Shown here: positions 60,330-64,000 of the stretch, piece after piece
Numbering within the stretch: the first letter of the stretch is position 1
Layout: each line of letters opens with the position of its first letter
From: Candidatus Spongiihabitans sp.
Lineage (GTDB): Bacteria; Pseudomonadota; Gammaproteobacteria; Arenicellales; Poriferihabitantaceae
Assembly: GCA_965206355.1 (NCBI GenBank)
Contig: OZ242212.1
Coordinates: 1,118,814 to 1,182,813 of the forward strand
DNA: 64,000 nucleotides
Direction of reading: 5' to 3'
Position numbers and translations under genes: made by a program
The notes under the pieces: model-generated
Database searches by the model: none
Told to the model about the DNA's origin: nothing
What the model saw: only the letters and a program-made list of their open reading frames with translations

Positions 60330-63110
60330 TTGGAACAGCTTAAATTGAATTCGCTCGAATCTCGCCCTGCCACGTCAAATCAAAGTCAGCATGATGCCTT
60401 GCGCGCCGATGTGCGCTTGCTGGGGAATCTGTTGGGAGAGACGATTAAAAAACAACATGGGGATAAGTTGTTTGATCTGGTTGAAGAAGTGCGTGGTATT
60501 GCTAAACAAGCGCGTAAGGGGGATACCGATCAAACACGGAAACTTATTGCGATTTTGTCTTGCTTGAAACCGGCACATCTTCTTAATCTTGCCCGTGCAT
60601 TTACGTTATTTTTGAATCTGGCAAATATCGCCGAGCAACACCACCAGATACGTCAACGACGTGCTCTTGCGGTGCGGCGATATACCTTTACCAACCCCTC
60701 TGCTGATGCTGATTCTGCCGACAAAGAAGCGACAAAAACCCATCCCGGTGGCTTCCTTGAATCGGAATTGCAGAATTTAATTGCGGCGAATATAAAACCT
60801 GAAGATTTGCATCAGCAGGTTTGTAACCTTAACATTGAACTCATTCTGACCGCCCACCCCACCGAAATTTTACGGCGTAGTGTGTCTTCTAAATTTCAAC
60901 GGATTGTCGGTCTGTTGGCGGAGCAAGATCGACAGGATCTGTCGGATACTGAAAGATTTGAAATTAAACTGGGATTGCATCGTGCTATCACCGAAGTCTG
61001 GGAAACCGATGAAATAAGACGGTTACGCCCAACGCCTGTGGATGAAGCAAAAACCGGACTGCTGACTATGGAAAATTCGCTTTGGGATGTTGTGCCCGGA
61101 ATTTTGCGCGAACTTGACCATGCAGTATTTACGGTAACGGGAAAACGACTGCCTCTGGAAAGCGTGCCTATTCGCTTTGGTTCGTGGATGGGTGGCGACC
61201 GCGATGGTAACCCGAATACCACACCTAAAGTAACCGCTCAGGTTTGTGCCTTGTCGCGCCTAAAAACTGCCGAAATGTTTTGGACGGAGATTAATGAACT
61301 ACGTCGCGATCTGTCCATGTCTAAGGCTAATCCAGCATTGTCGCAGACAGTCGGAGATGGCGTTTTGGAGCCGTATCGGGCGTTGCTTGAAAGCGTCCTC
61401 AGCAAATTGAATGCGACTATCAAATATCATGGCCGTGTTCTCGATAGTTACGCCTCAGCAAAACAGCCGCACCAGGTATCGATACCTAAAGTCGGTATTT
61501 ATCAACGGCGTGAACAACTGCAGCAGCCGTTAATGTTGTGTTACCAATCGCTCATTGATTGTGGTGATGGTATGATTGCGGATGGTCGGTTAACCGATAT
61601 TATGAGGAGACTCCGCACCTTCGGTTTGACTATGTTCAGGTTGGATATACGTCAGGAAGCGGTGCGTCATACCGAAACACTGGATGCGATTACCCGATTT
61701 TTGGGGCTTGGCAGTTACTTAGAGTGGGACGAGCAACGGCGTCAGGATTTTCTGTTAGCGGAACTTCAAAGCAACCGCCCGTTGATTACCTCCGCCTTTC
61801 CCGAAGCGGGTGATGCCAGCGAAGAGGTCAAGGAAGTGCTGACTACATTTCGAATGATTGCCGCTGAAAATCGCGAATCTTTTGGTGCTTATGTCATATC
61901 AATGGCAACCAGCCCTTCCGATATTCTCGCGGTAACCTTATTGCAGAAGGAATGTCGGATTAAACAACCGTTGCGCGTCGTACCGCTTTTTGAACGATTA
62001 AATGACCTTGAAGGTGCCCGTCAATGTATGGACACGCTGTTCAGCAATCCTTGGTACAAACAATACATAAACGGTCAACACGAAGTGATGATTGGTTATT
62101 CGGATTCTGCCAAAGATGCCGGAATTCTGTCCGCCTCATGGGGGCTGTATCAGGCACAGGAAGAACTGGTTGAAGTCTTTGCAAAACACGACATTGAACT
62201 AACGTTGTTTCACGGTCGTGGTGGTACTGTGGCGCGTGGTGGTGGGCCTGCTCATAAAGCGATATTGTCGCAACCGCCGGGCTCCGTAAATGGTTCAATT
62301 CGCATTACCGAACAAGGGGAGGTGATTCAGGCAAAATACGGTTTGCCCGGCATGGCAACGGAAACCTTGCAGGTTTATCTGGGTGCGGTACTGGAAGCGA
62401 CACTAACCCCACCACCCAAGCCGAAAGCGCAATGGCGACAACAAATGACTGAATTGTCGCGTCAGGCAGTGAATGAATTTCACGATGTGGTCAGGCATCA
62501 TGACGATTTTGTCGAGTACTTTCAGCAAGCGACCCCAGAACAGGAAATTGGTAATCTGAAAATCGGCAGCCGTCCGGCACGTCGGCGCAAAGGTAGTGGA
62601 ATACAATACTTACGTGCTATTCCCTGGATATTTGCCTGGACTCAAACCCGCTTGCTGTTGCCCGCATGGTTGGGGGTGGGGCATGCCTTGCAACATGCTG
62701 TGGATAATGATAAAAAAGCGATCTTACTGGATATGGAACAAAACTGGCCCTTTTTCAAGGCGACATTGAATGCCATTGAAATGGTGTTTTCAAAGTCTAA
62801 TGCCAATATTTCAGCGATTTATGATGAACGTCTGGTGCGTGAAGAGCTTCAGTATTTCGGTCAAACCCTGAGAGAAAAATATCACCGGACGGTCAGCTTG
62901 CTACTGGATATTACAGAACACCAGATACCACTCGAAAACGAACCGGTTGTGCATCAGTCGATTGCGGTCAGAAATACCTATGTTGTGCCGCTCAATCTGT
63001 TACAGGTTGAATTGCTGGCAAGGATGCGCGAACAAGAGGATGATACGGTACTGAACGCGCTATTAGTCACCATTAACGGCATTGCTGCCGGCATGCGTAA
63101 CACCGGATAG
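60330..63110 (+). CDS. ppc: Phosphoenolpyruvate carboxylase
   Basis: 926 aa. LRADVRLLGNLLGETI, LTAHPTE, GYSDSAKDAG, FHGRGGTVARGGGP and the C-terminal ...GMRNTG. The start is probably a TTG (60330 or 60345), since there is no in-frame ATG upstream of the conserved N-terminus. Confidence 0.95.
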   Translation: MEQLKLNSLESRPATSNQSQHDALRADVRLLGNLLGETIKKQHGDKLFDLVEEVRGIAKQARKGDTDQTRKLIAILSCLKPAHLLNLARAFTLFLNLANIAEQHHQIRQRRALAVRRYTFTNPSADADSADKEATKTHPGGFLESELQNLIAANIKPEDLHQQVCNLNIELILTAHPTEILRRSVSSKFQRIVGLLAEQDRQDLSDTERFEIKLGLHRAITEVWETDEIRRLRPTPVDEAKTGLLTMENSLWDVVPGILRELDHAVFTVTGKRLPLESVPIRFGSWMGGDRDGNPNTTPKVTAQVCALSRLKTAEMFWTEINELRRDLSMSKANPALSQTVGDGVLEPYRALLESVLSKLNATIKYHGRVLDSYASAKQPHQVSIPKVGIYQRREQLQQPLMLCYQSLIDCGDGMIADGRLTDIMRRLRTFGLTMFRLDIRQEAVRHTETLDAITRFLGLGSYLEWDEQRRQDFLLAELQSNRPLITSAFPEAGDASEEVKEVLTTFRMIAAENRESFGAYVISMATSPSDILAVTLLQKECRIKQPLRVVPLFERLNDLEGARQCMDTLFSNPWYKQYINGQHEVMIGYSDSAKDAGILSASWGLYQAQEELVEVFAKHDIELTLFHGRGGTVARGGGPAHKAILSQPPGSVNGSIRITEQGEVIQAKYGLPGMATETLQVYLGAVLEATLTPPPKPKAQWRQQMTELSRQAVNEFHDVVRHHDDFVEYFQQATPEQEIGNLKIGSRPARRRKGSGIQYLRAIPWIFAWTQTRLLLPAWLGVGHALQHAVDNDKKAILLDMEQNWPFFKATLNAIEMVFSKSNANISAIYDERLVREELQYFGQTLREKYHRTVSLLLDITEHQIPLENEPVVHQSIAVRNTYVVPLNLLQVELLARMREQEDDTVLNALLVTINGIAAGMRNTG

Positions 63111-63152
63111 TGGGCAGTTGTCAGCGGGAAGTTACTGAAAACTGATAATGAC

Positions 63153-63854
63153 TTGCCTTCTCTGACCGCAACCACTGTCGATGCCCTGAGCCTGCTAATT
63201 AGCGGGGATGTTGAGTTGTGGGAAATAATTGGTATCTCTTTCAGGGTTTCGTGTACCGCCATACTGATTGCCGCTCCATTTGCGATTAGTATTGGATTTA
63301 TACTCGCCTATTTCGATTTCATCGGTCGGCGACTGCTGATTTCAATATTTAGCACCCTGCTGGCTTTTCCGGCTGTTGTAGTCGGCTTAGTGGTTTACAT
63401 CACCTTATCCAACCAAGGGGTGCTAGGCGACTGGAATTTATTGTTTTCCCAAACCGCAATGGTTATCGCGCAAATCATTCTATGTCTGCCGATTCTGATT
63501 TCAATGAGCCATGTCGCTTTCCAGTTTGCCGATCATCATGCTTGGGAGACGGCGAGAACCTTAGGAATCTCCAGAATCAAAGCCTTTGTTTTAATCCTGT
63601 ATGAGGTCAAGTTCGGACTTTTCGCGGCCATTCTTGCCGGCTTTGGTCGCATCATTGCCGAGGTCGGCGCATCAATGATGGTCGGTGGCAACATTCTGCA
63701 CTATACCCGCAATATACCTACCGCTATCGCGCTGGAAACCAGTAAAGGTAATTTTTCCCAAGGTATCGCTTTGGGCATGGTGCTGTTGCTTTTGGCGTTT
63801 GTATTAAATATCCTGCTTCAATATGTACAAGGACGAGGTAAACTGTCGCTATGA
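63153..63854 (+). CDS. ABC transporter permease (tungstate/sulfate-type, TupB-like)
   Basis: 233 aa with about 5-6 TM helices and an EAA-like loop (ETARTLGISRIKAFVLILYEVKFG). TTG start. Substrate assignment is tentative. Confidence 0.75.
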   Translation: MPSLTATTVDALSLLISGDVELWEIIGISFRVSCTAILIAAPFAISIGFILAYFDFIGRRLLISIFSTLLAFPAVVVGLVVYITLSNQGVLGDWNLLFSQTAMVIAQIILCLPILISMSHVAFQFADHHAWETARTLGISRIKAFVLILYEVKFGLFAAILAGFGRIIAEVGASMMVGGNILHYTRNIPTAIALETSKGNFSQGIALGMVLLLLAFVLNILLQYVQGRGKLSL

Positions 63855-64000
63855 GTATCTGCAAGCAAATAACCTTTAGCAAAATATCGAAGTCGTTCTG
63901 TGCGATGAGCTTGCTCAACAATATCAATATCACGCTGTGTGGCGGAAAAGTCATATTATTAACTGGTGAGAATGGAACCGGAAAAACCACGTTACTGAGG
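63851..64000 (+). CDS. ABC transporter ATP-binding protein, N-terminal part only (runs off the right edge)
   Basis: The ATG at 63851 overlaps the permease stop (ATGA). The translation reaches the Walker A motif GENGTGKTT at the window edge. Confidence 0.8.
   Translation, partial: MSICKQITFSKISKSFCAMSLLNNINITLCGGKVILLTGENGTGKTTLLR

Overview
This is a 64-kb chromosomal segment that looks gammaproteobacterial. GC is moderate and housekeeping genes dominate. The exact taxon cannot be determined from the sequence alone. I support about 50 protein genes. They include bpt/aat, tsaD, plsY, folB-folK, a glycogen block (glgC-glgA-glgB, glgP and a separate glgX), mnmG, argG, ilvA, accA-tilS, pyrG-kdsA-eno-ftsB, ygfZ and ppc, plus a porin, a 12-repeat Sel1 protein, a LysR/DUF1127 pair and a cytochrome c. 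There is also an Amt transporter + GntR + FAD-oxidoreductase + glutamine-synthetase-like + three-subunit glutamate-synthase-like cluster. It resembles the N-methylglutamate (methylamine) pathway but lacks the usual four-subunit dehydrogenase. The strongest signal is not a gene. A previously unnamed MITE-like element (162-bp and 139-bp forms, 14-bp TIR GAGACCTTTGCACG, 5-bp target-site duplications) occurs about 20 times, roughly 3 kb or 5% of the window. Nearly all copies are intergenic. One is nested in an older copy, one sits exactly on a stop codon inside an operon, and one donates the stop codon of a gene. Three gene remnants (thrC', cysE', csaA') abut element ends. One intact IS1595-family IS with an 8-bp TSD sits 15 nt upstream of glgX. 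The best candidate for an undescribed protein system is an orphan MotA/ExbB-like + MotB/ExbD-like pair at 18948-20988. Its B subunit carries a coiled coil of about 200 aa, and no flagellar, Ton/Tol or Zorya partners are nearby. I recognised no rRNA, tRNA or CRISPR array.
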